A program made the translations under genes and the position numbers. Below are positions 8,656 through 23,686 of a stretch of DNA of 64,000 bases, piece by piece. The stretch is from Alphaproteobacteria bacterium (GTDB taxonomy: Bacteria > Pseudomonadota > Alphaproteobacteria > UBA2966). The stretch is taken from contig OZ219856.1 in assembly GCA_964291395.2 (NCBI GenBank), positions 32,001-96,000 on the forward strand, given 5' to 3'. The notes below the pieces were generated by a model that worked only from the letters and a program-made list of their open reading frames with translations, ran no database searches and was not told the origin of the DNA. Every line of letters begins with the position of its first letter. Position 1 is the first letter of the stretch.

Positions 8656-10073
8656 TCATCGTGGCAGCGACGACTCACCCATCAGGAATTCGTCCACGGC
8701 GTAGGCGCATTGCCGGCCCTCGCGGATAGCCCAAACCACGAGCGACTGGCCACGGCGCATGTCGCCTGCAACGAACACGTTGGGCAGCGACGTGATGTAT
8801 CTCTCCGTATCGGCGAGGACGTTGCCGCGCGTGTCGAGTTCGACTCCCAATTTCTCGATCATGCCTTCATGGACCGGATGAACGAAACCCATCGCCAGCA
8901 GAACGAGCCCCGCCTGCAGGTCGAATTCAGTTCCGGGAATCTCCTGCATTCCTTCGTCTAGGCGGACCGCGTGAAGTTTCGAGACGGTCCCGTTGGCGCC
9001 TGAAAGGCACTTGGTCGCGACGCTCCAATCGCGCTCCGCCCCTTCCGCATGGGACGAGGACGTGCGGAGCCGGAGCGGCCACAGGGGCCATGTGGTGCCT
9101 TTGTCGGGTTTCTCCGGCGGCATCGGCAAAATCTCCAGCTGCGTGACCGAGACCGCGCCTTGGCGGAACGACGTGCCGATGCAATCGGAGCCCGTATCGC
9201 CGCCGCCAATCACGATGACATGCTTGCCTTGGGCATGAATCTCTTCCACTTCGCCGAGGGGCTCCCCGCTGATACGCCGGTTCTGCTGGGGCAGGAAATC
9301 CATGGCGAATTCGACACCGCGCAACCCCCTTCCTTCGACCGGCAGGTCGCGCGCCTTCTCCGACCCACCTGCCAGGACGACGGCGTCGTATTCCCGGACA
9401 AGGTCCTGGGCTTCCATATCGACCCCGACATGCACCCCGGTGCGGAAGATCACGCCTTCCGCCTCCATTTGGGTGACGCGCCGGTCGATGTAGTGCTTTC
9501 CATCTTGAAGTCGGGAATGCCGTATCGGAGCAACCCGCCCGGTTTGGCGTTCTTGTCGAACAGCGTGACGTCGTGCCCGGCGCGCGCCAGCTGTTGCGCG
9601 CAGGCCATGCCGGCGGGACCCGCTCCGACGACGGCGACGCGTTTGCCGGTCCGGCCTGCGGAGATGTCGGGAACCGCCCAGCCTTCCTGCCAAGCCCGAT
9701 CCGCGATGGCGCACTCGATCGTCTTGATTGTTATCGGGGCGTCATCGATGTTCAGCGTGCAGGCTTCCTCGCAAGGTGCCGGGCAGACGCGACCGGTGAA
9801 TTCGGGGAAGTTGTTGGTCGAGTGCAGCACTTCGATGGCTTCCCGCCACTGGTCGCGGTAAACGAGGTCGTTCCAGTCGGGGATGATGTTGTCGACGGGG
9901 CAGCCGGTGTGGCAGAACGGGATGCCGCAATCCATGCAACGCGCGCCCTGCTGCTTCAACGTATTCTCGTCCAGCGGCACCACGAACTCGTTGAAATTAC
10001 GGACGCGTTCGGCGACCGGCGCGTAGCGCTGCTCCTTCCTGTCGAATTCGAGAAAACCCGTGACTTTGCCCAT
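8656..10073 (-). CDS. gltD: Glutamate synthase small subunit, split by a 1-bp frameshift near 9498-9500
   Basis: The N-part ([10 protein letters not shown]...[10 protein letters not shown]...YGIPDFKME) and C-part (KHYIDRRV...GGGDTGSDC...[15 protein letters not shown]) are in different frames. GAAAG is one A short of GAA AAG. Confidence 0.93.
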
Positions 10074-10076
10074 GGG

Positions 10077-14730
<4,654 letters not shown>

Positions 14731-14738
<8 letters not shown>

Positions 14739-15549
14739 GCCTGTCCTGCGTTCCCCCTTCGCCTCCGTGGGGTCGGCCTTCCCGGACCCGTCTACGTTCC
14801 CTGATCGCTTCGCCGAACGCTCGAAACAAGGCGCGGTTCACCGGGTTGGTTTGCGGATCGTGCTCGGCGTGCCACTGAACGCCCAATGCGAACCCGGGCG
14901 CGTCGGCAATTCGAATGGCCTCTATCGTGCCGTCCTCCGCCACGCCCTCGACCACGACGCGGTCTCCCGGTTCCAGAATGCCCTGACCGTGGAGCGAGTT
15001 GACGCGGATCGTCTCCCGGTCGAAGAGCCGGGCGAAAACACCTCCGGAAACGAGACGGACGTCATGGCGGTCCGCGAAAACGACTTCCGGGTCGGGATGG
15101 GGATCCCCGTTTTCCAGCCTGGGCGCCCGGTGGTTCATACGTCCGGGCAACTCGCGGATTTCCGGATGCAGGGTGCTCCCGAATGCGACTCCCATCTCCT
15201 GGATGCCGCGACACAGGCCCAGGATGGGGACGCTCCGTGCAACACAGGCCTTCGCCACCCGCAGCGCCACCTCGTCCCGGTCCCGGTCGTAGGGTTCGTG
15301 GCTTGGATGGGGTTCGGCGTTGAAATGGATCGGATGAACGTTGGCGCGTGCGCCCGTCAGCAGGATACCGTCGACCGTGTCCAGCAGCGGCCCGATATCC
15401 GTGAGATCGGAGGCGCCCCCGAACATCAGGGGCAGGGCATCGGCGACTTCCGCCACGGCGCGAAGGTTTTTCTCCCCGACCAGCTGCGCGGCATATCGAC
15501 CGTTGACGAGAAATCCGGATCCGATGATACCGACCAATGGCTTTGGCAT
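14731..15549 (-). CDS. Gamma-glutamyl-gamma-aminobutyrate hydrolase family (peptidase C26, PuuD-like)
   Basis: [19 protein letters not shown] nucleophile elbow, [15 protein letters not shown]; overlaps the gltB start. Confidence 0.9.
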
Positions 15550-15823
15550 GGATTGACTCACACCCTCCCGTACCTCGTCTACATTCGCTCCCAATCTGCC
15601 CGCCTCGATGTGGCTTCAGACCACGTGAACGGTTCGATTGTGGCAGGCTCCAGGACCCGTCGGCGGTTCGTAAGGCCCCAGGTCCTTCTTGTCCAGACCC
15701 GCGGTATCGTTGTTCATGAAACTCGTTGTCCCGCCCGGTACGCGCGGGGCTGCGGTGTCGACCGGCGGATGCCGGAATGGCCGCTGCGGCAGGATCGGGA
15801 CCGGTGCCGGCGCGGATCGACGG

Positions 15824-16258
15824 TCAGGCGGCCGTTTCCACGGTGATCACGAGGCGCTTTCCGAACCGCGCCAGGGCTTCCTCCAGCCGGCCGATCTTGG
15901 TGGCGTGGCGGGGGTCGAGCATGCGGCGGACCTCGCTTTCCTGAACGCCCAGGGCCACCGCGAAGGCGCTGTTGGACAGCTGCTGCTCGCGCAGGGCCTC
16001 GTAGAGGGCCGTCTTGGCGGCCAGGACCGCGCCGGGAACCGCCACCGGCCGGCCCTTCGCCGGACTCGGCGCGGGAATGTCCTCGCGCCGCGCCATGCGG
16101 CCCGCGAGCGCTTCCTCGAGACAGTCGGTGGCTTCCGCGACCGCCTCGGCGCACGTCTCGCCGTCCGTGAAAGCCTCGTCGAAGTCCGGGAAGGTCACCG
16201 AGAACCCGCCCGTGCGCTCCTTGTGAAGGTCGATGGGGTAGCTGTATCGCGTTGCCAT
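15824..16258 (-). CDS. hicB: HicB-family antitoxin with C-terminal HTH
   Basis: YPIDL...GGFSVTFPDFDEAFTDGET..EA...A.DCLEEAL, then EVRRMLDPRHATKI; GGAG SD upstream. Confidence 0.88.
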   Translation of the reverse strand: MATRYSYPIDLHKERTGGFSVTFPDFDEAFTDGETCAEAVAEATDCLEEALAGRMARREDIPAPSPAKGRPVAVPGAVLAAKTALYEALREQQLSNSAFAVALGVQESEVRRMLDPRHATKIGRLEEALARFGKRLVITVETAA

Positions 16259-16484
16259 GATCGGAACTCCCTGAAGGTCGTTCGGGTCGATGCCGAGCTG
16301 TTTGCACATGCCGCGGAGCGTGCCGGCCTTGAGCGGTTTCCTGCGGTCCTTCACCACCGTGAAGCACTCGCCGTAATACAAGGTCCCGTGACTCCCTTTG
16401 CCTCTTGTCCTGTCGAACCTGACCGCGATCCCGTTCCTGCGCGCCAGCCTTCTCACTCTCGTTATGAATTCACGCCCGCCTCAC
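16259..16484 (-). pseudogene. hicA: HicA-family toxin, reading in frame into hicB; native start apparently frameshifted
   Basis: REFITRVRRLARRNGIAVRFDRTRGKGSHGTLYYG...MCKQLGIDPNDL (GKGSH motif). CAG at 16271-16273 where a stop is expected; upstream GTG is out of frame by one base. Confidence 0.75.
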
Positions 16485-16597
16485 GGGCGGCACCCTCGCA
16501 CAAAAATGCGCGAATAGCTACTCGTCTCCCCGGACATTTTTGTGCGAGCCGGTGAAGGTAGGAGGCCGGACGACGAGCGCCGGCGCCGCCGCCGGGG

Positions 16598-17212
16598 GTG
16601 CTGGCCGATATGTCAGTAATCGCGGGATGGCTGGCGCGGACCGGCTGTTGTCTCTCGACCGGCGGAGCGGACGGGGCCGATACTGCGTTCGTCGGGGGCG
16701 CGCCGACCGGCCGGCGGACGATCTGGCTGTCGTGGCGGGGCCACGACGGGCATCGGGGACAGGACTGCCGGGTACTGTCGGTGTCGGCGGTGGCGGCGTG
16801 CCCGGAGACCGCGGCGCCCCTGCATCCGGCGTGGGAGCGGTGTTCGCCGGCCGCCCGGAATCGGACGCTATTCCGCTGCCGTGCCTCCCCCGAGCCCTTC
16901 GTGCTGGGCGAGCTCGCCATCGATTACGACAAGCGCCTTGTCACGGTGGCCGGGCGCGCTGTCGAGCTCACCCCGACTGGGTACGAGCTGCTGCGCGCGC
17001 TGTCGCTCGAGGCGGGCCGGGTGGTGACCTACGAAACCCTGCTCCACCAAGTCTGGATCGAGCGCCGCCATGCTAGCTGGAAGGTGGTGCGTGCCTTCGT
17101 TAAGCAGCTCCGTCCCAAGCTCGGCGACGACGCGGCCGGCCCCGCCTGGATCTTCGACGTGCGCGGCGTCGGCTACCGCATGCCCCGACCGGGCGAGCCG
17201 TCGGGAGCCTGA
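16598..17212 (+). CDS. Chimeric ORF: SLOG/DprA-like N-terminal fragment fused to an OmpR/KdpE-type winged-helix DNA-binding domain (possibly a relic)
   Basis: STGGADGADTAF...LHPAWERCSPAAR (SLOG-like), then ELAIDYDKRLVTVAGRAVELTPTGYELL...QLRPKLGDD...VRGVGYRM (Trans_reg_C); no receiver domain. Confidence 0.6.
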   Translation: MLADMSVIAGWLARTGCCLSTGGADGADTAFVGGAPTGRRTIWLSWRGHDGHRGQDCRVLSVSAVAACPETAAPLHPAWERCSPAARNRTLFRCRASPEPFVLGELAIDYDKRLVTVAGRAVELTPTGYELLRALSLEAGRVVTYETLLHQVWIERRHASWKVVRAFVKQLRPKLGDDAAGPAWIFDVRGVGYRMPRPGEPSGA

Positions 17213-17449
17213 TCGCCGGCACGCGCGCGCCCCGAACGGCCGAAACAGACGCTGATCGGTCGCGATCCCTGTTTAGTATCCGCCGGGGTACTCGCCGTTA
17301 CGCATCGGGGTCGGCGCGAGAGCGCCAACGACAGCGCCGAGCACGGCGTCATGCTACGCGGCGCATCGCGGAGAGCCTGCGCCAGCCCGGTCGGCCGGCT
17401 GAGGACGTGCTGGAGGTGCTGTCCTTCCGCCCCGCCGGACGGCGGCCCG

Positions 17450-18556
17450 TCACCTCCCGCGCGAGGACCGACGGTTCGCGGCGATCCGGTCGAGCGCAAT
17501 GCCCACGACCTCCTTGCCGCGCTCCCAGATCAATTCCTTCCATCCCGCTTCGTCCGGGAAATAGCAGTCCTTGAAGTCGCGGAGGATCTTCCGGCCGAGA
17601 TCGCTGTTCCGGTTGCCATGGAGGTACAGCCAGGAACTGGCGAGTGTGCAGCGGCGGATATGCTCGCGCTCGCGGGTACCGTACTCGAGCCCCACCGCGG
17701 CCCAGTCCAACCCTTCCCCGGGCGGCCGGAAACCGGCGAGAATGCTGCCCTTGGAACCCGCATACGGGCTCTCGCCGGCCGTCGTGCTGTGCACCTGCTC
17801 TCCATACCAGTCGAACAGCAGGTCATAGACCGGTTCTCCAGGTTTGCCGGGCGTCATCAGTTCGCCGTAGCCGTAGGGGCCGAGGCCCGTGTGCAGGTCG
17901 ATCATCACCGCCGATTTCGCCCGGGCCAGATAGTCCGCGCAGATGCGGCTCAAGGTGCGGTTCGACCAGGTCGCCTTGTCGCCGCCGTAGTGAATGCTGT
18001 CGGGATGGCGGTACTGCCCCTTATGCATCGCCTTGCGGACCGGCACCTCACCGTACTTCGCGTTGAGGTCAGCGATTCCCGCCATGTACGTCTCGTAGGC
18101 CTCGTCGTCCCAGACCTCGGGCACGAGGAAGTCGACCAGTTCCTCGAAGAGGTCGTTTTCGGGGTAGTTGCCGCCTTCGTGGTCGACGAAATTCCGGTTG
18201 AGGTCGACGTTGTCCTCGTTCTCGCGCCGGAGCCACGCCATGCCGTGAGGATTGAGGGCGTGGATGAGCAGCATGGCGGTGCCCGGTCCCGGCTTCGGTG
18301 CATCCGGGTCTCGCAGCAGGCCGACCTGGATACCCGATCCGGCGTACCCCTCCACGCCATGGGTCGCCGAAGTCACGACGATCACGCCGCCAGCGGTGCG
18401 GTCTCCGATCCAGGCTGCATCGCAGTAGAGCGACTCCCCCTCGGGTCCACGCTCCGGATTGCGGTGACTCCCGACGGCTGCGCCGGCGTCACGACACGCG
18501 GAGAGGAAGCTTTCCCGTGCCTCGGTATACGTTGTCGAAAAGTATTTCTCCGGCAT
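17450..18556 (-). CDS. DUF2817 / M14-like metallopeptidase
   Basis: SATHGVEGYAGS, HALNPHG...RRENEDNVDLNRNF, IDLHTGLGPYG, LEYGT. Confidence 0.85.
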   Translation of the reverse strand: MPEKYFSTTYTEARESFLSACRDAGAAVGSHRNPERGPEGESLYCDAAWIGDRTAGGVIVVTSATHGVEGYAGSGIQVGLLRDPDAPKPGPGTAMLLIHALNPHGMAWLRRENEDNVDLNRNFVDHEGGNYPENDLFEELVDFLVPEVWDDEAYETYMAGIADLNAKYGEVPVRKAMHKGQYRHPDSIHYGGDKATWSNRTLSRICADYLARAKSAVMIDLHTGLGPYGYGELMTPGKPGEPVYDLLFDWYGEQVHSTTAGESPYAGSKGSILAGFRPPGEGLDWAAVGLEYGTREREHIRRCTLASSWLYLHGNRNSDLGRKILRDFKDCYFPDEAGWKELIWERGKEVVGIALDRIAANRRSSRGR

Positions 18557-18723
18557 GTCTGATCTCGATTCGCGGGCCCGGATTTAAGTTGTCGCCGGAA
18601 GTGAGTCGACGAGGGCGTCGTCGCCATGCCTTTTCCGTCGGAATATCTTGCAATATCGCCGCGAAGCTGTCATTGGAGCGCCGCCATCCTTCATCCGCCG
18701 GCGGAGAGGTGGGGTCCACGGCC

Positions 18724-20238
18724 ATGCCGAAGTCCTATCTGGAGCGGGTTCTCCGTGCGAACGTCTATGACGTAGCCCGGGAAACTCCCCTCGAGCGGAT
18801 GACTCTGCTGTCCGAGGCGATCGGGCACAACGTGCTGCTGAAGCGCGAGGATCTGCAGCCGGTCTTCTCGTTCAAGATCCGGGGCGCTTACAACAAGATT
18901 GCCAATTTGGATAGGGCCGCCTGCGCCGACGGCGTGGTTTGTGCGTCGGCGGGCAATCATGCTCAAGGCGTGGCGCTTGCGGCGTCGGCACTGGGCCTGA
19001 GAGCGGTCGTCGTCATGCCTACCACGACGCCGCGGATCAAGTCCGATGCCGTAGCGCGGCTCGGCGGAGACGTCATCCTGCATGGGATTTCCGTCGACGA
19101 ATCGTTCCGGCGGGCTCATGTCATCGCGGACGACGAGGGTTTGACCTTCGTTCATCCCTTCGAGGACGCCGACGTGATTGCCGGACAGGGCACCATCGGT
19201 CTGGAGATCCTCCGCCAGCACGGCAACGGCATCGACGCCATCTTCGTGCCCATCGGCGGGGGCGGCCTGATCGCCGGCATCGCGGCCTACGTCAAGGCGC
19301 TTTGGCCGGGCATCAAGATCATCGGCGTGGAGCCGCAAGATGCCGCCACCATGCACGCCGCGCTGAAGGCGGGGCACCCGATGGAACTGAACGAAGTGGG
19401 CCTGTTTGCCGACGGCGTCGCCGTGCGCACGGTCGGACGGGAGACCCATCGCATCGCGGCGGAATGCGTGGACGACATCGTTCTCGTGAGCACCGACGAG
19501 ATCTGCGCCGCCATCCTGGACATTTACGAGGACACCCGCTCGATCGCCGAACCCGCCGGGGCCCTCGCCGTCGCCGGACTGAAAGCCTATGCCGCCGCGA
19601 GGCAGTCCCGCGACGAGACGCTGATCGCGATCCTGTCCGGCGCCAACGTCAACTTCGACCGCCTGCGGCACATCTCCGAGCGCGCCGACATCGGGCGCGA
19701 GCGCGAGGCCTTGTTCGCCGTCACCATCCCGGAGCGGCCCGGCAGTCTCCGGCAGTTCTGCGAGGTCGTCGGCAAGCGCTCCATCACCGAGTTCAACTAC
19801 CGCTTCGCGGACACCGAGGCCGCACAGATCTTCGTCGGCCTCGAGCTGCAGCAGGGGCGGCAGGAACGGGAAGGTCTGCTCTCGACCCTCGAGGGCGCGG
19901 GCTTTCCGGTCGTCGACATGACCGACAATGAGCTCGCCAAGATCCACGTCCGGTACATGGTCGGCGGGCACGGCGGCGGCGACCTCGAGGAGAAACTCTA
20001 CCGTTTCTTCTTTCCGGAACGGCCCGGCGCCTTGCTCGGCTTCCTGAACGAGATGGGGCAGCGCTGGAATATCAGCCTGTTCCACTACCGCAACCATGGA
20101 TCGGCCTATGGGCGTGTTCTGATGGGCTTTCAGGTGTCGACGTCCAGCGAGCGTGAATTCCGGGAATTCCTCGAGAATGCGAACTTCCAGTATGTCGAGG
20201 AGACCGAGAATCCTGTCTATCAGGTGTTCCTCAAGTAG
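18724..20238 (+). CDS. ilvA: Threonine ammonia-lyase, biosynthetic
   Basis: KREDLQPVFSFKIRGAYNK, SAGNHAQG, two regulatory ACT-like domains (PERPGSL, PERPGAL, HYRNHG). Confidence 0.96.
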   Translation: MPKSYLERVLRANVYDVARETPLERMTLLSEAIGHNVLLKREDLQPVFSFKIRGAYNKIANLDRAACADGVVCASAGNHAQGVALAASALGLRAVVVMPTTTPRIKSDAVARLGGDVILHGISVDESFRRAHVIADDEGLTFVHPFEDADVIAGQGTIGLEILRQHGNGIDAIFVPIGGGGLIAGIAAYVKALWPGIKIIGVEPQDAATMHAALKAGHPMELNEVGLFADGVAVRTVGRETHRIAAECVDDIVLVSTDEICAAILDIYEDTRSIAEPAGALAVAGLKAYAAARQSRDETLIAILSGANVNFDRLRHISERADIGREREALFAVTIPERPGSLRQFCEVVGKRSITEFNYRFADTEAAQIFVGLELQQGRQEREGLLSTLEGAGFPVVDMTDNELAKIHVRYMVGGHGGGDLEEKLYRFFFPERPGALLGFLNEMGQRWNISLFHYRNHGSAYGRVLMGFQVSTSSEREFREFLENANFQYVEETENPVYQVFLK

Positions 20239-20274
20239 AGCCGGCGGACCGCCGGAGCCTCCGCTCGTGCGGGG

Positions 20275-21189
20275 CTAGACCTTCGCCATGATGTCTCCGG
20301 CAATCCGTTCGTGGGCGTCGACCCACTGATCGTACTCCTTGTAGATCGGCTCGAAGAGCACCATGCCGATACCCATTTCCTTGAGGCGGCCCAGGCTGTC
20401 GATGATCTGCTCTTCGGATCCCACGAACATGACCTTGTACTTGGAATCCATCGCTTCGAAGGCCATGCGCGCCCGCAGGCAGATCACCAGTTCGCCGTAG
20501 TCTCGGCCCTGTTGCTCGCATCCCTTCTGCAGCGTCGCGATACCGTCTTCCAGCATCTCGAAGGTCGAGTTCGACGGCAGCCAGCCGTCGCCCTGCTTGA
20601 CCACCCGGCGCAGTGCCGGTTTCGACGTGCCGCCGATCAGGATCGGGATGCGTTTGTTCACGGGCTTGGGCTGGAATCCGACGTCGGGGATCTGGAAATA
20701 TCGGCCCTGGAAGCTTGCTTTCTCTTCGGCCCACATGACGCGCATCAGATCGATGGCCTCGGTGCACCAGGCGCCCCGCTCTGCGAAGGGCTGGCCGAGC
20801 ATGGTGATCTCCTCCTCCATCCAGCCGACGCCGGCGCCCAGGATCACGCGCCCGCCCGTGAGATAGTCGACCGACGCCAGCTGCTTCGCGACGAGCAGGG
20901 GATTTCGATGGGGGAGGACGAGGATTGCCGTCGCCACCTTGATGCGCTCCGTCGCGATGCCGACGACGGACATGGCGATGATCGGATCGATGATGATGCC
21001 TTCCTTCGGGAACGGGAAGTGGCCGTCGGCGGAGCCCTTGTAGACGGGTTTGATCTCATAGGGGATGACGACGTGATCACTGGCGAACAGCGCGTGGAAG
21101 CCCAACGTCTCGGCCTTCTTGGCGAAGCTGATCAAGTTTTCCGCCGTCGCGTGTCCTTCCATCATGGGCATGAGGGCTGCGTATTTCAT
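20275..21189 (-). CDS. LLM-class (luciferase-like) flavin/F420-dependent oxidoreductase
   Basis: AETLGFHALFASDHVV, TERIKVAT, RNPLLVAKQLASVDYLTGGRVILGAGVGW, PILIGG. Confidence 0.88.
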   Translation of the reverse strand: MKYAALMPMMEGHATAENLISFAKKAETLGFHALFASDHVVIPYEIKPVYKGSADGHFPFPKEGIIIDPIIAMSVVGIATERIKVATAILVLPHRNPLLVAKQLASVDYLTGGRVILGAGVGWMEEEITMLGQPFAERGAWCTEAIDLMRVMWAEEKASFQGRYFQIPDVGFQPKPVNKRIPILIGGTSKPALRRVVKQGDGWLPSNSTFEMLEDGIATLQKGCEQQGRDYGELVICLRARMAFEAMDSKYKVMFVGSEEQIIDSLGRLKEMGIGMVLFEPIYKEYDQWVDAHERIAGDIMAKV

Positions 21190-21303
21190 GGCGATTTGGG
21201 CCTCTCGTCTTGATTTTCGGTGGTCTTCCCCTTTACGTGAAGTTACCTTCTCGGCCCCGTCCTGTCTCGGGAGCACGGGCTGAACGCTGACTGGAATGGG
21301 AAG

Positions 21304-22320
21304 GTGGACGGACCGACGGAGCAGAGGGACTTCATTGCCGGCCTGCCGAAGGCCGAGCTTCACCTTCACATCGAGGGGACGCTGGAGCCCGAGTTGATGT
21401 TCCGTCTTGCCCGGAAGAACGGCGTACCCCTCCCTTACGCTTCGGTTGAAGAATTACGGGCGGCCTACGACTTCCCGGACCTGCAGGGATTTCTCGATCT
21501 TTACTACGGCGGCATGGCGGTGTTGCGCGAGGCCCGGGATTTCCATGATCTCACGATCGCCTATCTGGAAAGGGCGCGAACCGAGAATGTCCGGCACGCG
21601 GAGATTTTTTTCGATCCCCAAGGGCACACGCGACGCGGCATACCATTGGGGTCGGTGATCGCGGGCATCGCGGGCGCGCTGTCTGAAGGCGTCCGGACTC
21701 TCGGTATCACATCGCGCCTCATCATGTGTTTCCTCCGGGATCTGCCTGCCGGGGACGCGATGGCTACGTTGGAGGCTTCGCTGCCCTACCGAGACCGTAT
21801 CGTCGCCGTCGGCCTCGATTCGGCCGAGGTGGGGAACCCGCCGTCGAAGTTTCGCGACGTGTTCGCCAGGGCGCGCTCCGAAGGGTTTCGGACCGTGGCG
21901 CACGCGGGCGAGGAAGGCCCGGCGGATTACGTGCGCGAAGCCCTTGATGAGCTCGGTGTCGAGCGCATCGATCATGGCGTGCGGGCGATGGAAGACCCGG
22001 ATGTCGTCGCCCGGCTCCGGCGGGAGCGCATACCGCTGACCGTTTGTCCTCTCTCCAATGTCCGTCTCAAGATATTCGACGGTATCGCTGCGCATCCGAT
22101 CGAGGCGATGCGGGAGGCGGGCCTGTTCGTGACGGTGAACTCGGACGACCCCGCGTACTTCGGGAGCTACGTCAATGGGAACTATCGCGCGCTGCGGGAC
22201 GCGTTCGGACTCGGTGAGCGTGAACTCGCCGAACTGGCCCGGAATTCGTTCGAAGCTTCGTTCCTCGACGAGTCGGAGAAGCGGGAATACCTGGACGAGG
22301 TTGACGCCTACCTGGCGTAG
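21304..22320 (+). CDS. Adenine/adenosine deaminase
   Basis: PKAELHLHIEGTLEP, EIFFDPQGH, AHAGEEGP, RIDHGV, CPLSN, NSDDPAYF. Confidence 0.93.
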   Translation: MDGPTEQRDFIAGLPKAELHLHIEGTLEPELMFRLARKNGVPLPYASVEELRAAYDFPDLQGFLDLYYGGMAVLREARDFHDLTIAYLERARTENVRHAEIFFDPQGHTRRGIPLGSVIAGIAGALSEGVRTLGITSRLIMCFLRDLPAGDAMATLEASLPYRDRIVAVGLDSAEVGNPPSKFRDVFARARSEGFRTVAHAGEEGPADYVREALDELGVERIDHGVRAMEDPDVVARLRRERIPLTVCPLSNVRLKIFDGIAAHPIEAMREAGLFVTVNSDDPAYFGSYVNGNYRALRDAFGLGERELAELARNSFEASFLDESEKREYLDEVDAYLA

Positions 22321-22322
22321 CG

Positions 22323-22793
22323 TCACCCCTGCGTGATCTCCGCCTCGTGTTCGACGGAGAAATTGACGGACCGGGCGATGAAGCACATGGCATTCGCCTT
22401 TTCGTGCAGGCTTTCCGCCTTCGCCAAATCGCTTTCGGGCGTAACCGTAATCCGGGGTTTCAGCGTCACGCTCGTGAACTCGCCGGATCCGTCCGGATTG
22501 GTCTGCATCGCCCCTTCCGCGGTATCCTCGTAGGCCGTCACCACGACTTTGCTGACCGCGCAGAGATGCAGGTACCAGAGCATGTGGCAGGCGGATAGGG
22601 CGGCCAGCAGCATGTCCTCCGGGTTGTGACAAGCGGCGTCGCCCATGTATCCGGGATCGGCGGAGCCCTTGATCACCGGCTTGCCGTCGCAGGCGATGTC
22701 GTAGTGGCGGGTATAGGCCTTGTAGTCGGTCGTCCCCTCGCCCCGGTTTCCCGTCCATGTCACGGTCGCCGAATAGGTGTGTTCTTTCGCCAT
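22323..22793 (-). CDS. OsmC-family protein
   Basis: WTGNRG..T..Y, GSADP, NPEDMLLAALSACHML, CFIARSVNF. Confidence 0.9.
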   Translation of the reverse strand: MAKEHTYSATVTWTGNRGEGTTDYKAYTRHYDIACDGKPVIKGSADPGYMGDAACHNPEDMLLAALSACHMLWYLHLCAVSKVVVTAYEDTAEGAMQTNPDGSGEFTSVTLKPRITVTPESDLAKAESLHEKANAMCFIARSVNFSVEHEAEITQG

Positions 22794-22912
22794 GTTCCGA
22801 TCCTCGTTCTTCGTGATCTCGAAGTTGCCCCTTGATACCACAAACGGCGCTGGCGGCGACCCGGCGGACGTGGTCTGATTGGCCGTCGGAGGATGGATGA
22901 CGGGAGAGCGGC

Positions 22913-23680
22913 ATGCGGTTGGAGAACAAGGTGACGGTCATCACGGGCGCAGGCAGCGGGATCGGCGCCGCGATCGCCAGGGCGTTCGTCGCGGAAGGCG
23001 CGCGAACGGCCTTGCTCGACGTGAACCTGCCGGCCGCGGAAGAGCTTGCCGCGGAGCTGGGCGGTGATGCCGCGGCGTTCGAGGCCGATGTGACCGAACT
23101 CGATCAGCTCGAGGCTGCCGCCGACGCCGTCAGCGAACGATTCGGCGGCATCGACGCGCTCGTCAACAACGCCGGTATTCGTATCGTCAAATCCTTCCTC
23201 GACCACACGGAGGAAGACTGGCGGCGCATCCTCGACGTCAACCTGACGGGACAGTTCTTGGCTGCCAAGGCCGTGGTGCCTCACCTGATCACGCGTGGAA
23301 AGGGCAAGGTCGTCAACGTCGCCTCGATCGCGGGGATCGGCGGGCGGCCCAACCGCGTGGCCTACGTGGCCGCCAAGTTCGGGATCGTCGGCCTGACCCG
23401 GGCGCTCGCCATGGATCTTTCGGAGAACAACATCTGCGTCAACGCGCTCTGTCCCAGCATGATCGCCTCGCCGCTCAATATCTCGCTCGCCGAAGACGGG
23501 GAGATCGGTCCCCAGTGGGCGAAGGACAACCTGGCGCGTCGCTGGGGCCGGCCCGAGGACGTCGCCAAGGTCGCCGTGTTTCTGGCTTCTGACGACGCCG
23601 ACTACGTGACCGGCTCGGAGTATCGGGTCGACGGCGGCGAGGCGACGGGCCTCATCCGCGCCGGTGAGATGGCGATCTGA
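22913..23680 (+). CDS. Short-chain dehydrogenase/reductase
   Basis: TGAGSGIG, VNNAG, YVAAK catalytic motif. Confidence 0.92.
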   Translation: MRLENKVTVITGAGSGIGAAIARAFVAEGARTALLDVNLPAAEELAAELGGDAAAFEADVTELDQLEAAADAVSERFGGIDALVNNAGIRIVKSFLDHTEEDWRRILDVNLTGQFLAAKAVVPHLITRGKGKVVNVASIAGIGGRPNRVAYVAAKFGIVGLTRALAMDLSENNICVNALCPSMIASPLNISLAEDGEIGPQWAKDNLARRWGRPEDVAKVAVFLASDDADYVTGSEYRVDGGEATGLIRAGEMAI

Positions 23681-23686
23681 AGCGAC

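Noticed and set aside
9450-9714. Programmed ribosomal frameshift in gltD
   Set aside because: No canonical slippery heptamer and no precedent known to me; a 1-bp indel is simpler.
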